Shown: one piece after another, positions 38,571 to 48,705 of the stretch
How the letters are laid out: every line of letters starts with the position of its first letter
How positions within the stretch are numbered: position 1 is the first letter of the stretch
Origin: an uncultured delta proteobacterium
Lineage (GTDB): Bacteria > Desulfobacterota > Desulfobacteria > Desulfobacterales > UBA2156
DNA length: 64,000 nt
Direction: 5' to 3'
Assembly (NCBI GenBank): GCA_963736855.1
Contig: CAVTQK010000015.1
Span: 352,001-416,000 of the forward strand
The notes under the pieces: generated by a model
What the model saw: the letters and a program-made list of their open reading frames with translations, nothing else
Told to the model about the DNA's origin: nothing
Database searches by the model: none
Program-made: the position numbers and the translations under genes

Positions 38571-41500
38571 TTATTGACTTTCGTCCAGCACTCCCCGAAT
38601 CGTTTTGAGCATTTCTTGGACATCATACGGCTTATGGATAAAGGCTTTGGCCCCGATCTCCGAGACTCTCTCGAACTGTCCGGCAACAGAATAACCGCTG
38701 GCGATGATAACCTTGGCCTGGGGATTCATCTCCAGGAGCATTTGAAGACATTGCGTTCCTCCGATTCCGGGCATAATCAGGTCGAGGATAACCAGCTTAA
38801 TTCTGTCTCTATCCTCTCGGTAGACTTGCAGGGCGGTCTCACCATCTTCTGCGCTGATGACCGTGTACCCAAACATTTTGAGAATCGTTTTGCCTAGATC
38901 ACGCACAACATCATCATCATCCACAAGAAGTATGATCTCATCGCCGCCGCGCTGCTCTGCCACCCCTGTATCGATACGGGAAGTTCCTTCGAGTTGCTCG
39001 ATCGCTGGAAGAAAGATCTCGAATGTGGTTCCCTGGCCTGGATTGCTGACGCATGTGATGTGCCCATGGTGATTCTTGACTATGCCGTAAACCATGGCTA
39101 GGCCCAGGCCGGTGCCTTTCCCGACCTCCTTGGTGGTAAAAAACGGATCAAAGATATGTTCCAGGGTAGTCTTTTCCATCCCTTGACCCGTGTCGGCAAC
39201 GGTGAGAAGAACATAACTCCCGGGAGAAAACTCTGGCTGGGTGCGGCGATAACCCTCATCCGGAACGATGTTTTTCGTTTCGATTCTGAGCGTGCCACCA
39301 TCCGGCATGGCATCCCTTGCATTTACCGCGAGATTCATCAAGACCTGCTCGATCTGTGAGGCATCGGCATTCACATAGTGAAGGTTCCACGTCAGATGCA
39401 GCTCGATCCTGATCATTTTGGGGATGGTCCGTTCAAGTAACATCCTTACATCGTCCACAATTCGGTTGAGGTCAACGGGCTGGAGTTGTGATTCCACCTT
39501 GTGGCTGAAGGTGAGCAGCTGGCGGGTGAGATTGCCCCCGCGTTTGGCGGCACGACTGATCTCCTGAAGTTCTCGGTAGCCTTTCTCTCCTTCCGTCTTC
39601 TTCAAAAGTAACAAATCCGCATAGCCTTGGACGGCCTGGAGGAGGTTATTGAAATCATGGGCGATACCTCCGGCGAGCGTACCAACGGCCTCCATCTTAT
39701 GGGCCTGCCGAAGTTGTGCCTCGAGCTTCTTGGTTTCGGTGATATCGATGACGATTCCTCTAATTCCGACAGCCTTCCCATCACGGAACTTGGCGGTGGA
39801 GTGCATAATCACGGGAAAGGTGCTCCCGTCTTTGCGTAGCGCGATGTATTCATTCAACCCAAGCCTCTCTCCGTTCATGACTCTCTTGGCGTTTTCAAGA
39901 GCCCTGGGTCGATCTTCCGGAGATATCATATCAAAGCCGTTCAGGCCTTGTTTCAGGTCCTCTTGGGAAAGCCCAAAATGAGCGAAAGCATTCTGGTTGA
40001 CAAAGGTGATATTCCCGCTGGCATCCATCTCAAAAACGGTTTCAGGTAGCAATTCGGCCAGTTCCTGGAACCTCTCCTGACTCTCCCGCAGCGCCTCTTC
40101 CCCCTGCTTGCGCTGGATGATTCGCCACATGCCGGTCATCAGCAGAGTGAGTTGGCGCACGTCGGCCTCGTCATAATCCGTTGGCTTGTTTCCGACACCG
40201 GAAACCAGCACGATGCGGTCCCCGTCGAAAAGAGGGACGTTCATATGCCGGTGCACCGCCACGTGGCCTGGGGGAGTGCCACGTTTGAGGGGGTTGGGAG
40301 CCTGATAATCATTGGTGATGATTGGGCGACGCTGGCGAACGGCTTCGCCCCAAAGACCGGTCGTCTCGACGGGGTATTCGATGGGTTTGTCAACCATCCG
40401 GCATTCCTGCATGGCCAGACGAGACCAGGCATGCATGGTAAGCACCGTTTCATCCTCGTTCATGAAGGCTACATATCCGATGGTGCTTTGTGTCAGCCGG
40501 ACCGCTTCTTCCATTGAGAATTCAGCGATCTCGTGAAATGTGGCGCCGGTCATCTGATTGAGCTGGAGAAGCGTTTCCAGACGGGATTCGTCGAGCCGGC
40601 GTGCTTCTTCCGCACACTTACGCTCAGTAATGTCTCGCACCACGCTGATCAATGTGCGAGTGCCATCGACGGTTTCACCCCGCGAGCTGACCTCCACTGG
40701 GAACGTGCTACCGTCGCTGCGTCGGTGGACGGTCTCGAAGAGCAGCCCGCGCTCATCCGCCTCCGCCATTTGGTCGGCGGTCAACTCCAACGTTTCAGGC
40801 GCGCGCAGGTGATGGATTGTCAGCTCCAGTAGTTGCTCACGGCTGTACCCATAGGCCTTCGTGGCCGCTATATTGGCTTCCAAGATGCGCCCATCGTCTC
40901 TTCGCATGAAAAGGATGATGTCCCGACTGTGGACCACCAGGAGTTCGTAGCGATGCAGCGACTCTTCAGCGCGTCTACGTTCGGCTAGGGCTTTAAATTC
41001 CCGACGCTCAAGCAGGTGCTGTCGAACGAGCAAGAGAACCATGATCAACGTGATTGCCAGGGTCAGAGTGAAGAGCAGATTGACACTGAAAAGGAACCGG
41101 TCAAGGCGATCGCGCTGCTCCGTCAGGATTCTGTCGGCTGTCAATTCAGAAGCGTGGTTCAGGTCTCTGGCTTTCTGAAATGCCCCGGTGATCCGGGACA
41201 ACACAATCTCAATGGTGGTTTCCGTCTCCGGACCATACCCCGAGACGCCTTCGGAAAGCCAAAGCTGTACATCGGCGATGGCCGGAGCAACGACAGCGTG
41301 GAACGCGGAAGCCTGGATCAGATTGTCGAACACATAGGTGGTGCGCAGTCCGACTATGGCATTGTGGACGGCCATGACTTTGTTACGAAGCCGCATGAAG
41401 TTCTCCGAAGTTGGGGCAACCTTGGTCACTTCAGCGGCAGAGACGACTTGCGCAAGATCTTCGTTGACAAGCGCCAGGTCATGAAGCTGTCCAAGCAGTG

Positions 41501-41630
41501 TGCCGGGAAGATTCTTTTCCACTGAGCGCAGGGTGACGTTGGTGTGGATCCCTGCCGCAATCAGGGCGACAAGGACGGATACCACGGCGCTCCAAAGCAA
41601 AATCTTGATAATGGGTGGAGGCCGTCTCAT
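38571..41630 (-). CDS. Membrane hybrid histidine kinase (2TM-PAS-GAF-PAS-HisKA-HATPase-REC)
   Basis: [37 protein letters not shown] with LDLIMP; ATG at 41630 overlaps the TAXI stop (ATGA). Confidence 0.93.
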   Translation of the reverse strand: MRRPPPIIKILLWSAVVSVLVALIAAGIHTNVTLRSVEKNLPGTLLGQLHDLALVNEDLAQVVSAAEVTKVAPTSENFMRLRNKVMAVHNAIVGLRTTYVFDNLIQASAFHAVVAPAIADVQLWLSEGVSGYGPETETTIEIVLSRITGAFQKARDLNHASELTADRILTEQRDRLDRFLFSVNLLFTLTLAITLIMVLLLVRQHLLERREFKALAERRRAEESLHRYELLVVHSRDIILFMRRDDGRILEANIAATKAYGYSREQLLELTIHHLRAPETLELTADQMAEADERGLLFETVHRRSDGSTFPVEVSSRGETVDGTRTLISVVRDITERKCAEEARRLDESRLETLLQLNQMTGATFHEIAEFSMEEAVRLTQSTIGYVAFMNEDETVLTMHAWSRLAMQECRMVDKPIEYPVETTGLWGEAVRQRRPIITNDYQAPNPLKRGTPPGHVAVHRHMNVPLFDGDRIVLVSGVGNKPTDYDEADVRQLTLLMTGMWRIIQRKQGEEALRESQERFQELAELLPETVFEMDASGNITFVNQNAFAHFGLSQEDLKQGLNGFDMISPEDRPRALENAKRVMNGERLGLNEYIALRKDGSTFPVIMHSTAKFRDGKAVGIRGIVIDITETKKLEAQLRQAHKMEAVGTLAGGIAHDFNNLLQAVQGYADLLLLKKTEGEKGYRELQEISRAAKRGGNLTRQLLTFSHKVESQLQPVDLNRIVDDVRMLLERTIPKMIRIELHLTWNLHYVNADASQIEQVLMNLAVNARDAMPDGGTLRIETKNIVPDEGYRRTQPEFSPGSYVLLTVADTGQGMEKTTLEHIFDPFFTTKEVGKGTGLGLAMVYGIVKNHHGHITCVSNPGQGTTFEIFLPAIEQLEGTSRIDTGVAEQRGGDEIILLVDDDDVVRDLGKTILKMFGYTVISAEDGETALQVYREDRDRIKLVILDLIMPGIGGTQCLQMLLEMNPQAKVIIASGYSVAGQFERVSEIGAKAFIHKPYDVQEMLKTIRGVLDESQ

Positions 41631-42817
41631 GGGGTTGGCGTTCTTTTGGAAACTATGCCATGCTCTCGGTAGAATCGTTCTGCTCCCGGATGAAGCGGGA
41701 TCGAAATGCCTTGCAAGGCGGTCTTGAGGGTAATCGCCTTTCCTTGGGGGTGCCCGCCTTTCAAAAGCGACAGTGTCCGCTCGCTCCACAAGGAAGCGGT
41801 CAGCTGGTAAACGAGGTCTTCGGGAATCGCTGAGCTGACCACCAGCAGGGCATGGACCTGCAGGGTCGGAGTATCCGGAACCCCCGGATAAGCACCGGCG
41901 GGTATTTCACCTGGGACGAGGTAAGGAAATTTTGCATTGATCCGCAACGCAATCTCTCGGTCAATGGGAACAAAGAATAGCCCAATATCGGCTACACGCT
42001 GGGCCGCTTCCATGGGAATGCCCGCCATCACTACAAAACCCTGAAGTTCACCTTTCACCATTTTGTCATCAGTAAAATTGGGCTTCAAATACAATGGGTA
42101 CATATCTTTCTCGGACAAGCCATAGGCATCGAGAACGATTCGCATCACCATCAGCGAGCCTGAACCGATTTCGTCGATGGAAATCCGTTTCCCGCGGAGA
42201 TCCGACACGCTGCGTATGTTGGCATCCCGGCGTGTCACGATCTGAAATTTCTCGGGGTAGAGGCTCGCAACCGCACGGACGACTTTGACGCTTTCATCCC
42301 CGGCGAAAACCCGCTCTCCCTGAAAGGCCCAAGCTGCAACGTCGGCTTGGACTATTCCAGTTTCGATCTCTCCGGATGCCAGCGCCCGCACGTTGGCTAC
42401 CGAGCCGCCGGAACTTTGGGCCACACCGATGTATCCCGGCAGTCCAAGCACTCCGGCTTGAGGCATAGCCTCTCCTTCAGCAGGCCCAGTCAAACCCTGC
42501 GCAATCAACTTGCCAACCGGATAATAGACGCCTGAAGTCCCACCCGTTCCGATGCGAAACAGTCGTTTTGCTTCTCCCACACAGGGGGCGGGCATGGCCG
42601 TCAGCAGAAACAAACACAATATCATCAGCATGTAAGGTACCGGAATTCGGTCATTACGATCCGATCCAGGTATCCCTCGCACAACCGGGAGTTGTCTTTT
42701 CGTTCGATAAGATCTTACAAGCTGTCTCAGTCGCTGCCGATTCATTTCCTCTTGCTCCTCCCGGTTGAGATATCGACCAAAACCGTCTCTTACGCTCATG
42801 ACCTGAAGATGTTGCAT
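41627..42817 (-). CDS. TAXI-family TRAP solute-binding protein (start uncertain)
   Basis: RIGTGGTSGVYYPVG, SGGSVAN, IVQADVA, SLYPE and IPLHPGAERFY. Confidence 0.92.
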   Translation of the reverse strand: MQHLQVMSVRDGFGRYLNREEQEEMNRQRLRQLVRSYRTKRQLPVVRGIPGSDRNDRIPVPYMLMILCLFLLTAMPAPCVGEAKRLFRIGTGGTSGVYYPVGKLIAQGLTGPAEGEAMPQAGVLGLPGYIGVAQSSGGSVANVRALASGEIETGIVQADVAAWAFQGERVFAGDESVKVVRAVASLYPEKFQIVTRRDANIRSVSDLRGKRISIDEIGSGSLMVMRIVLDAYGLSEKDMYPLYLKPNFTDDKMVKGELQGFVVMAGIPMEAAQRVADIGLFFVPIDREIALRINAKFPYLVPGEIPAGAYPGVPDTPTLQVHALLVVSSAIPEDLVYQLTASLWSERTLSLLKGGHPQGKAITLKTALQGISIPLHPGAERFYREHGIVSKRTPTP

Positions 42818-42903
42818 ATGTGACCGATCTCTGGAATGTATATCTGTTGTGGGAACATTCTGTGCGTTGTCGATGAGTCTATCTGGAGTGAGTCCACCGA
42901 TTC

Positions 42904-43725
42904 AATTGGCAAGAAGTCGCTTTTTTGCGGGTGGATTAAGCAAGAGCATGAAGTGTGTTTTACCATCGTCTGCACCCCAAGATATGGGAACACACATTTG
43001 TCGTGGCGTGTAAATTCTCGATTAACTGAAGGGAAATCCGCTGTCAATACGAATTTTATCTGCAAGAGGCCATTTTCCCGGCTGGTTCGAGCATAGGCCA
43101 CCTGTCTGCCGGCCAGGTAGGGATCGCACAGGCAGGGCGGGTCAACTCCGGACGGATTTTTCAGAAATAAGAATCCATGGGGTAAACCGGGTCGGCGACG
43201 TAATCCTCTGTGGAAGGCGCAACGGGGTCATCGTATGTCGGGTGTTCAATCAGGTTCGGGGCATGGGCGACGGGCCTTTCCGGTTGTTTCGGATCCCATA
43301 AGTTCAGGTGGTTGAGTATTTTTTTTATTCACATCACGATCTTCGATAAACGCGACCACCCACATTTTCCCCTGGCACTTGGGGCAGATCAGGAGATCGA
43401 CCTCATATATTTTTTGGATCAGGCGCGACCCGCTTTTTCTAAGTGCCGGTGGGGGACGGCTTTGATGACTTTTTCACACAACCATTGCCCGAACTCCACC
43501 ACGCGCTTCTGATGACACGAGGGACAAAAGTGACGCCTTTTGCATGGAAAGGACAAAAGGTATTCGTGACCGCACTTCCCGCACCGAACCCTGGCGAACC
43601 CGTTATGGAGCACCCCGCAATCTAGATACCAATGGATCACCTCTTTGACATACGGGCGGAAAAAGCTGTATCCCCTCTCAAATCGATCTTCATAGATGCG
43701 TTCAAAGTTGGATTCAACAACATTG
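42904..43725 (-). mobile_element. Internally deleted IS91-family element: end (copy 4), transposase C-terminus and N-terminal Zn-binding domain
   Basis: YLDCGVLHNGFARVRCGKCGHEYLLSFPCKRRHFCPSCHQKR...VPHRH joined at about 43440 directly to the ...RLIQKIYEVD...CPKCQGK C-terminal region. Confidence 0.9.
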
Positions 43726-43891
43726 ACTCTCGACCTCCGGTGGGCAAGGAAGGCATCAGAGGCTGATAGTGATCAGTCCTTTTTCCCACCAGAGGCGAGA
43801 AAGGGGAAGGTTTGTTCCATTTTTTAAGACAAACAATTGGTGGAGCGGAAGCTTTCCCGCCCGCACATTGCGTTTCTTCTCCAAAGAGGCG

Positions 43892-44494
43892 TTAGAAATC
43901 ATAATCATAAGTTTCGTCGTGAGCCGGTTTAATATCTTTCATCATGACCACGACATCAACCGGCATGTTGTTCCGGTCCTTGACCATGTTCGGAATCACT
44001 GTTGCACGATAAAATCCCGCTCTGGCGAAAGCGTTGATAGCCGATGTGTTGATGTCCGGAATCTCGACGAGTAGTTTTTCAAGCCCGAGTTTGTAAGCGA
44101 TGTCCGCGAGCTCTTCGATCATCAGATGCCCCAGACCGATGTTGCGGTAGTCTTTGTGCACAAAGATCCGCACAGTACCCAGGTGCCATTTCCAGCCGGA
44201 TCGACGGCGATTGATAGTGGCATCGGCAACAATTTTGCCATCTCTTACTGCCACGATGGGCAGGGTCTTGGCATAGTCGAGGTTCTTCGCCCATTTTTCA
44301 ATAAGGAGCCTGCTTGAAACCTCGTCACGCAAATACCGTGCATCTTCTGCGGGAACCGCCTGGAAAAACTCATACACAGCGTCCTTATCTTCTGCCACCA
44401 TAGGACGTAGAATAATCTTGGTCCCATCTTTCAGATGAGTTTCCTTGTGATATGTGTTTAAATTGATTGTGGGATAAATGTTGGGATCCAACAT
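43892..44494 (-). CDS. GNAT-family N-acetyltransferase
   Basis: LKDGTKIILRPM, FVHKDYRNIGLG and NTSAINAFARAGF; AAGGAGG RBS. Confidence 0.88.
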   Translation of the reverse strand: MLDPNIYPTINLNTYHKETHLKDGTKIILRPMVAEDKDAVYEFFQAVPAEDARYLRDEVSSRLLIEKWAKNLDYAKTLPIVAVRDGKIVADATINRRRSGWKWHLGTVRIFVHKDYRNIGLGHLMIEELADIAYKLGLEKLLVEIPDINTSAINAFARAGFYRATVIPNMVKDRNNMPVDVVVMMKDIKPAHDETYDYDF

Positions 44495-44599
44495 GGCGAG
44501 TACCTCCTTTCATCTCTCAGGGGTTAATTGATCGAGGTCTGTCCGCAAGACAGGCTCTCCGGACAGGTTCCTTAGTAAACTCGTTCACGAATGCACAAA

Positions 44600-44615
44600 A
44601 GCATTCTCCGTGCCG
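44600..44615 (-). promoter_or_regulatory. Sigma54 promoter for the GNAT gene
   Basis: CGGCACGGAGAATGCT (GG-N10-GC); an ATTGCAT-N12-ATGCAAT palindrome lies about 100 bp upstream (44712-44737). Confidence 0.6.
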
Positions 44616-44761
44616 GATTTAGAAGACCGAATTAGCTAGAGGTAAGATATTGAAAAAGAATGGAATATTAGGAAAACATTAGTTTCTGAAAGGTCAGGCA
44701 TTCCGCCAAGTATTGCATTTTTGCACGACTATGCAATGCACAAATGTAGGTATGCAATCTC

Positions 44762-46156
44762 TCATGAACTCTTGCCGCTCGAACGACCGTTGCGTACCGG
44801 AATTTGAAGATTCAGGCGCCTTATTCTGCGCCACAAAGTGGTAGGGTGTATACCCATTTGGGCAGCGGTTAACTTCCGGCTCCAGTTATTCCTCCGAAGA
44901 TTTCCATAGATAAAATCTTTTTCCATGTCTGCCAATGAAGATGCAGACGCCATGATCTGTTCAGGAGACGGTATTACCCTATGTGCTAGCTTTCGGTGGA
45001 CGCTCTCAGGAAGATGCTCTATCCTTACCACGTGATCTGTACAAACCAATGTGGCATATTCGATGATATTTTCCAATTCCCGAATATTACCCGGATAATC
45101 ATAAGACATCAGAATACTCATGGCTTCAGGCGACATACCATGAACTTCTTTGCCCCTCAGACGGCTAAATCTTTGGACAAAATGCTCCACTAATAGAGGA
45201 ATATCTTCTTTTCGCTTTCTCAATGGCGGGAGAATTAGCTTGACGATATTGATCCGATAATAGAGATCTTCTCTAAACAGTCCCTTTTGAACGAGTTCTA
45301 CAAGGTTCTTGTTTGTAGAAACCACTATGCGGACGTTGGCCTTTTCCGATTTTGTGCTGCCGAGTGGTTCGTAGACTTTGTCTTGGAGCACTCGCAGGAG
45401 CTTAACTTGAAGCAACATCGAGATGTCTCCGATTTCATCCAAGAAGAGACTCCCATTTTGAGCCAGAGCCAGCCTTCCCGGTTTGTCCCTCTTTGCATCG
45501 GTAAACGCACCGGCTTTGTATCCAAAGAGCTCGGATTCGAGGAGCGTATCCGGTAATGCACCGCAGTTTACGGTAATCATCGGCCCCGTTTTTCTATGAC
45601 TGAGTGAGTGGATCGCTCTTGCAAAAAGTTCTTTTCCCGTTCCGCTTTCGCCTTCCAAGAGGATTGTTGTATCATCTTTAGATACCAACTCGAGCATTTC
45701 AAATAGGCGATGCATCTCCCGGTTGTTGCTGATAATGCCCAAAAAGGAATGCTGACCGGTCAGTTCTTTCAGTAGTTGTTCAACCATTCTTAGATCTCTA
45801 AATGTCTCAATTCCTCCGATCACTTTGCCGCTTTGATCTTTCAAGACAGCCGTAGAAATTGTTACAGGAATCCGGTCACCTTTTAAATCAACTATATAGA
45901 TGAATTGGTTCATAATCGGTTGGCCTGATTCAATTGTCTGACGCAGGGAGCATCTCTGCTCACAGATTTCGGCTTTGAATACTTCCCGGCAATATCGGCC
46001 AATTGCGTCGACTTTCTTGACTCCCGTGATCTGTTCAGCGGCACAGTTGAAAAAGCTAATCTTCCAGTCCGAGTCGACGGTAAAAACGCCGTCGGTAATG
46101 TTGTCAAGGATCATCTGGGTCTGATTTTCATGTGCTGTGTTCAAAGTTTGAATCAC
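44762..46156 (-). CDS. PAS-domain sigma54-dependent activator with C-x8-C-x3-C motif
   Basis: CREVFKAEICEQRC; GESGTGKE, GAFTDA, LFLDEIG and YPGNIREL; HTH. Confidence 0.92.
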   Translation of the reverse strand: MIQTLNTAHENQTQMILDNITDGVFTVDSDWKISFFNCAAEQITGVKKVDAIGRYCREVFKAEICEQRCSLRQTIESGQPIMNQFIYIVDLKGDRIPVTISTAVLKDQSGKVIGGIETFRDLRMVEQLLKELTGQHSFLGIISNNREMHRLFEMLELVSKDDTTILLEGESGTGKELFARAIHSLSHRKTGPMITVNCGALPDTLLESELFGYKAGAFTDAKRDKPGRLALAQNGSLFLDEIGDISMLLQVKLLRVLQDKVYEPLGSTKSEKANVRIVVSTNKNLVELVQKGLFREDLYYRINIVKLILPPLRKRKEDIPLLVEHFVQRFSRLRGKEVHGMSPEAMSILMSYDYPGNIRELENIIEYATLVCTDHVVRIEHLPESVHRKLAHRVIPSPEQIMASASSLADMEKDFIYGNLRRNNWSRKLTAAQMGIHPTTLWRRIRRLNLQIPVRNGRSSGKSS

Positions 46157-46194
46157 TTTCTCAGTCGACCTGTTTCTCAGCTAAAGTACCATTG

Positions 46195-46316
46195 AATTGA
46201 TTAGAAGTTGCTTTTTTACGGACGGATTAAACAAGAGCATGAAGTGTGTTTTACCATCGTCTGCACCCCTCGCATTTTCACCTGGCACTTGAAGCAGATC
46301 AGGGGATCGACCTCAT
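46195..46316 (-). repeat. IS91-like element end, copy 5, fused to a short transposase piece
   Basis: AATTGATTAGAAGTTGCTTTTT...CCATCGTCTGCACCCC joined to CATTTTCACCTGGCACTTGAAGCAGATCAGGGGATCGACCTCAT (compare 43363-43406). Confidence 0.85.
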
Positions 46317-47738
46317 TTATTCCGCCATAACCGTCCGGTTGCGGCCATCGGTTTTTGCTTGGTAGAGCGCCTTGTCCGCCCGGTGGAAGCACTCGTCAAT
46401 AGACATTTCTCTTTCCATCTGGCAGACGCCGAGACTGGCTGTCATGCTGATTTTCTGGTCGTCAATCACGGCCGGGTTCTCGGCAAAATGGAGGCGGATT
46501 TTTTCAGCCACTTCCTTTGCCCCTGCTTTTTCTGTCCCGGGAAGCAGGATAAGAATCTCTTCTCCTCCCCATCGGGCAACGGCGTCCTGGTCTCTTAACA
46601 TGTTCCGTAAGGTTTGCGATACGTACATCAGCAATTTATCGCCCATTTCATGGCCGAACCGGTCGTTGACTTGTTTAAAATGATCCAGGTCAATAAGTAT
46701 AATCGACGAACCTTCCCCACTTCTCTTGATCCTTTTAAATTCCTGTTCCAGCAGAGAGATCATTGCGCGGCGGTTGATCATTCCTGTGAGGTAGTCGGTG
46801 GTAGCGGCTGTTTCCAATGCAGCTTCGGCACGCTTGCGCTCCTCTATCTCCTGCCGGAGTTGTTCATTGACCTCGGCAAGCCGGGCGGTTCGCTCGACGA
46901 CTCGAGTTTCAAGAGAATTCCTGGCATCCTGGAGTTCGTTCATGGCTTGTTGCGTGTGTTCATGGCTTTTTCTGAGACGGTTGGACATGGTGTTAAAAGC
47001 ATTGGCAAGGTCGCTTAATTCATCGCGGGTATCCACTTCCACCTGTCCGGGGAAGATTCCGTCGGCGATTTCGCTGGATCGCCGTACAAGAAGGCTGATC
47101 GGCCGGATAATGCGAGCGGCCTGTATTTTACTGAACCCGTACGCCAGCAGGAATGAGAGGACAAGCGAAACAAGACCCGCGATTCGGATGGTGCGGAATT
47201 TTTGCTGGACGTCATCGGCGCGCATGTCTATTCCCAATAGATACTGCCCCTTGCCATTCTTTAACGGCGCATAGCCGGAAAGAAAACATCCCCATTCATC
47301 GCAGGTGATTTTACTGTCTGCGGTAAGATTTTCAAATCCGTGTTTCATGTTCGGGACTTCGACATCATAAAGTTTGCCGGGATGTGCCTGAGCATCCGAT
47401 GTATCTGAGTCAATGACAAATACGATGTCTTCGCCCTGCTTGCGCATGATATAGATAAACGCGATATCTTTATTGGCTGTCTGAAATTCTCTGAGCATTT
47501 TCAGATAATTCTGATAGGCGGGAAGAGATGCGTCCTGGGGACCCTTGATGTCCACAATATCATTGGCATCCATTGCGCGGCTGATGAGTGCCGCGCTGTT
47601 CATCAGCCGGTTCTGGAGTTGTTTGAATAACGTACTGATGGCGCTGTGGTAAAAATACGTGCCGATGCTGCCGGAAACCAGAATAATGACCAGAAAGTGG
47701 CTATAAAAGAGTTTTTTCTGGATTGTAAAACGCATCAA
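46317..47738 (-). CDS. Membrane sensor diguanylate cyclase (periplasmic sensor, HAMP, GGDEF)
   Basis: DELSDLANAFNTM (HAMP); TDYLTG, IDLDHFKQVNDRFGH and RWGGEEI. Confidence 0.9.
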   Translation of the reverse strand: MMRFTIQKKLFYSHFLVIILVSGSIGTYFYHSAISTLFKQLQNRLMNSAALISRAMDANDIVDIKGPQDASLPAYQNYLKMLREFQTANKDIAFIYIMRKQGEDIVFVIDSDTSDAQAHPGKLYDVEVPNMKHGFENLTADSKITCDEWGCFLSGYAPLKNGKGQYLLGIDMRADDVQQKFRTIRIAGLVSLVLSFLLAYGFSKIQAARIIRPISLLVRRSSEIADGIFPGQVEVDTRDELSDLANAFNTMSNRLRKSHEHTQQAMNELQDARNSLETRVVERTARLAEVNEQLRQEIEERKRAEAALETAATTDYLTGMINRRAMISLLEQEFKRIKRSGEGSSIILIDLDHFKQVNDRFGHEMGDKLLMYVSQTLRNMLRDQDAVARWGGEEILILLPGTEKAGAKEVAEKIRLHFAENPAVIDDQKISMTASLGVCQMEREMSIDECFHRADKALYQAKTDGRNRTVMAE

Positions 47739-47891
47739 CCGGATCTCCGTAAAGTTGAAAGGTCAGTTAGGGCGCTGCGGCCGAAGGGCAATCATATCCC
47801 GGGTGATTTTACTTTTTTCCCAGGAGCATCTTAAGCACGCGATGTCTGAAGAGGCTACTAGAGAGTCCGGCAATCGATCCGACGCGCCACG

Positions 47892-48167
47892 GTGAGCATA
47901 CCACTTTTGTGGAACCAACCGTTCAAAAATTCGCATCGATTGAATGTCTATCAACTTACGACCTGCTTTCCGTACTTCAATCCCATAGAGAAACTATGGA
48001 AAAAGGTCAAACAGGATGGAACTTATCCTCATTACTTCCCCACATTTGAAGACCTCGTCGGAAAGGTTGATGAGATCCTCCCTCTATTTCAAAACTCTCC
48101 AGATGAAATCCTTTCCCTCTTTGGTCTCAACAACGAACTTGAAAACCATGCGAGGCTGGCAGCATAA
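47892..48167 (+). pseudogene. IS630-family transposase C-terminal remnant
   Basis: FPYFNPIEKLWKKVK...HYFPTFEDL resembles the YSPxxNPIExxW motif of IS630 DDE transposases. Confidence 0.7.
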
Positions 48168-48223
48168 TCTCACACCAAAATATTCTTTTTAAAACCATAG
48201 AAATCCACAGAAAGGGAGTCTCA

Positions 48224-48655
48224 CTATCTATTCTCTAAAGCGGCCAGTCGATCCCTAAGCTCTTTTTCCTTTTGCCATCTGGTGGTTACATCGCGAACAA
48301 TCGCGGCAGAACCCAAGATTTCTCCAATGGAAAAGCGTACAAGAACCATACTGAATTCAACGGAAATGCGTGTTCCGTCCTTCCGCATTGCCGGTACTGC
48401 CAGCAATTCTCCGGCGTAACGGGTAGAACCGGTCGCCATAACCTTACGGTAGCCCTCCCAATGCCGGGTCCGTAGTTTCTCAGGGATAATGAGATCGAGG
48501 CTTTGCCCCGTTGCCTCTTCTGCACTAAATCCGAAAATGGATTCCGCCCCCGAATTCCAAAGCTCGATTTGACCATCTCGATTTGCGAAGATGATTGCAT
48601 CTTGGGTTTGATCCACAATTTGTCGGTACAACCACTCGTTCGTGTATTTCTGCAT
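48224..48655 (-). CDS. Stand-alone PAS-domain protein
   Basis: DAIIFANRDGQIELWNSGAESIFGFSAEEATGQSLDLIIPE...RKDGTRISVEFS. Confidence 0.9.
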   Translation of the reverse strand: MQKYTNEWLYRQIVDQTQDAIIFANRDGQIELWNSGAESIFGFSAEEATGQSLDLIIPEKLRTRHWEGYRKVMATGSTRYAGELLAVPAMRKDGTRISVEFSMVLVRFSIGEILGSAAIVRDVTTRWQKEKELRDRLAALENR

Positions 48656-48705
48656 TGGGCAACCTCTTGATATCTTATCAAATTTAAAGCCCCGGATACC
48701 TCCTG

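Noticed and set aside
44526..44535. AATTGATCG upstream of the GNAT gene as a seventh element end
   Set aside because: Similarity does not extend beyond about 7 nt.
46317..47738. GGEEI instead of GGEEF as evidence of an inactive cyclase
   Set aside because: The catalytic GGEE residues and the DxDxFKxxND motif are intact; one hydrophobic substitution is not informative.
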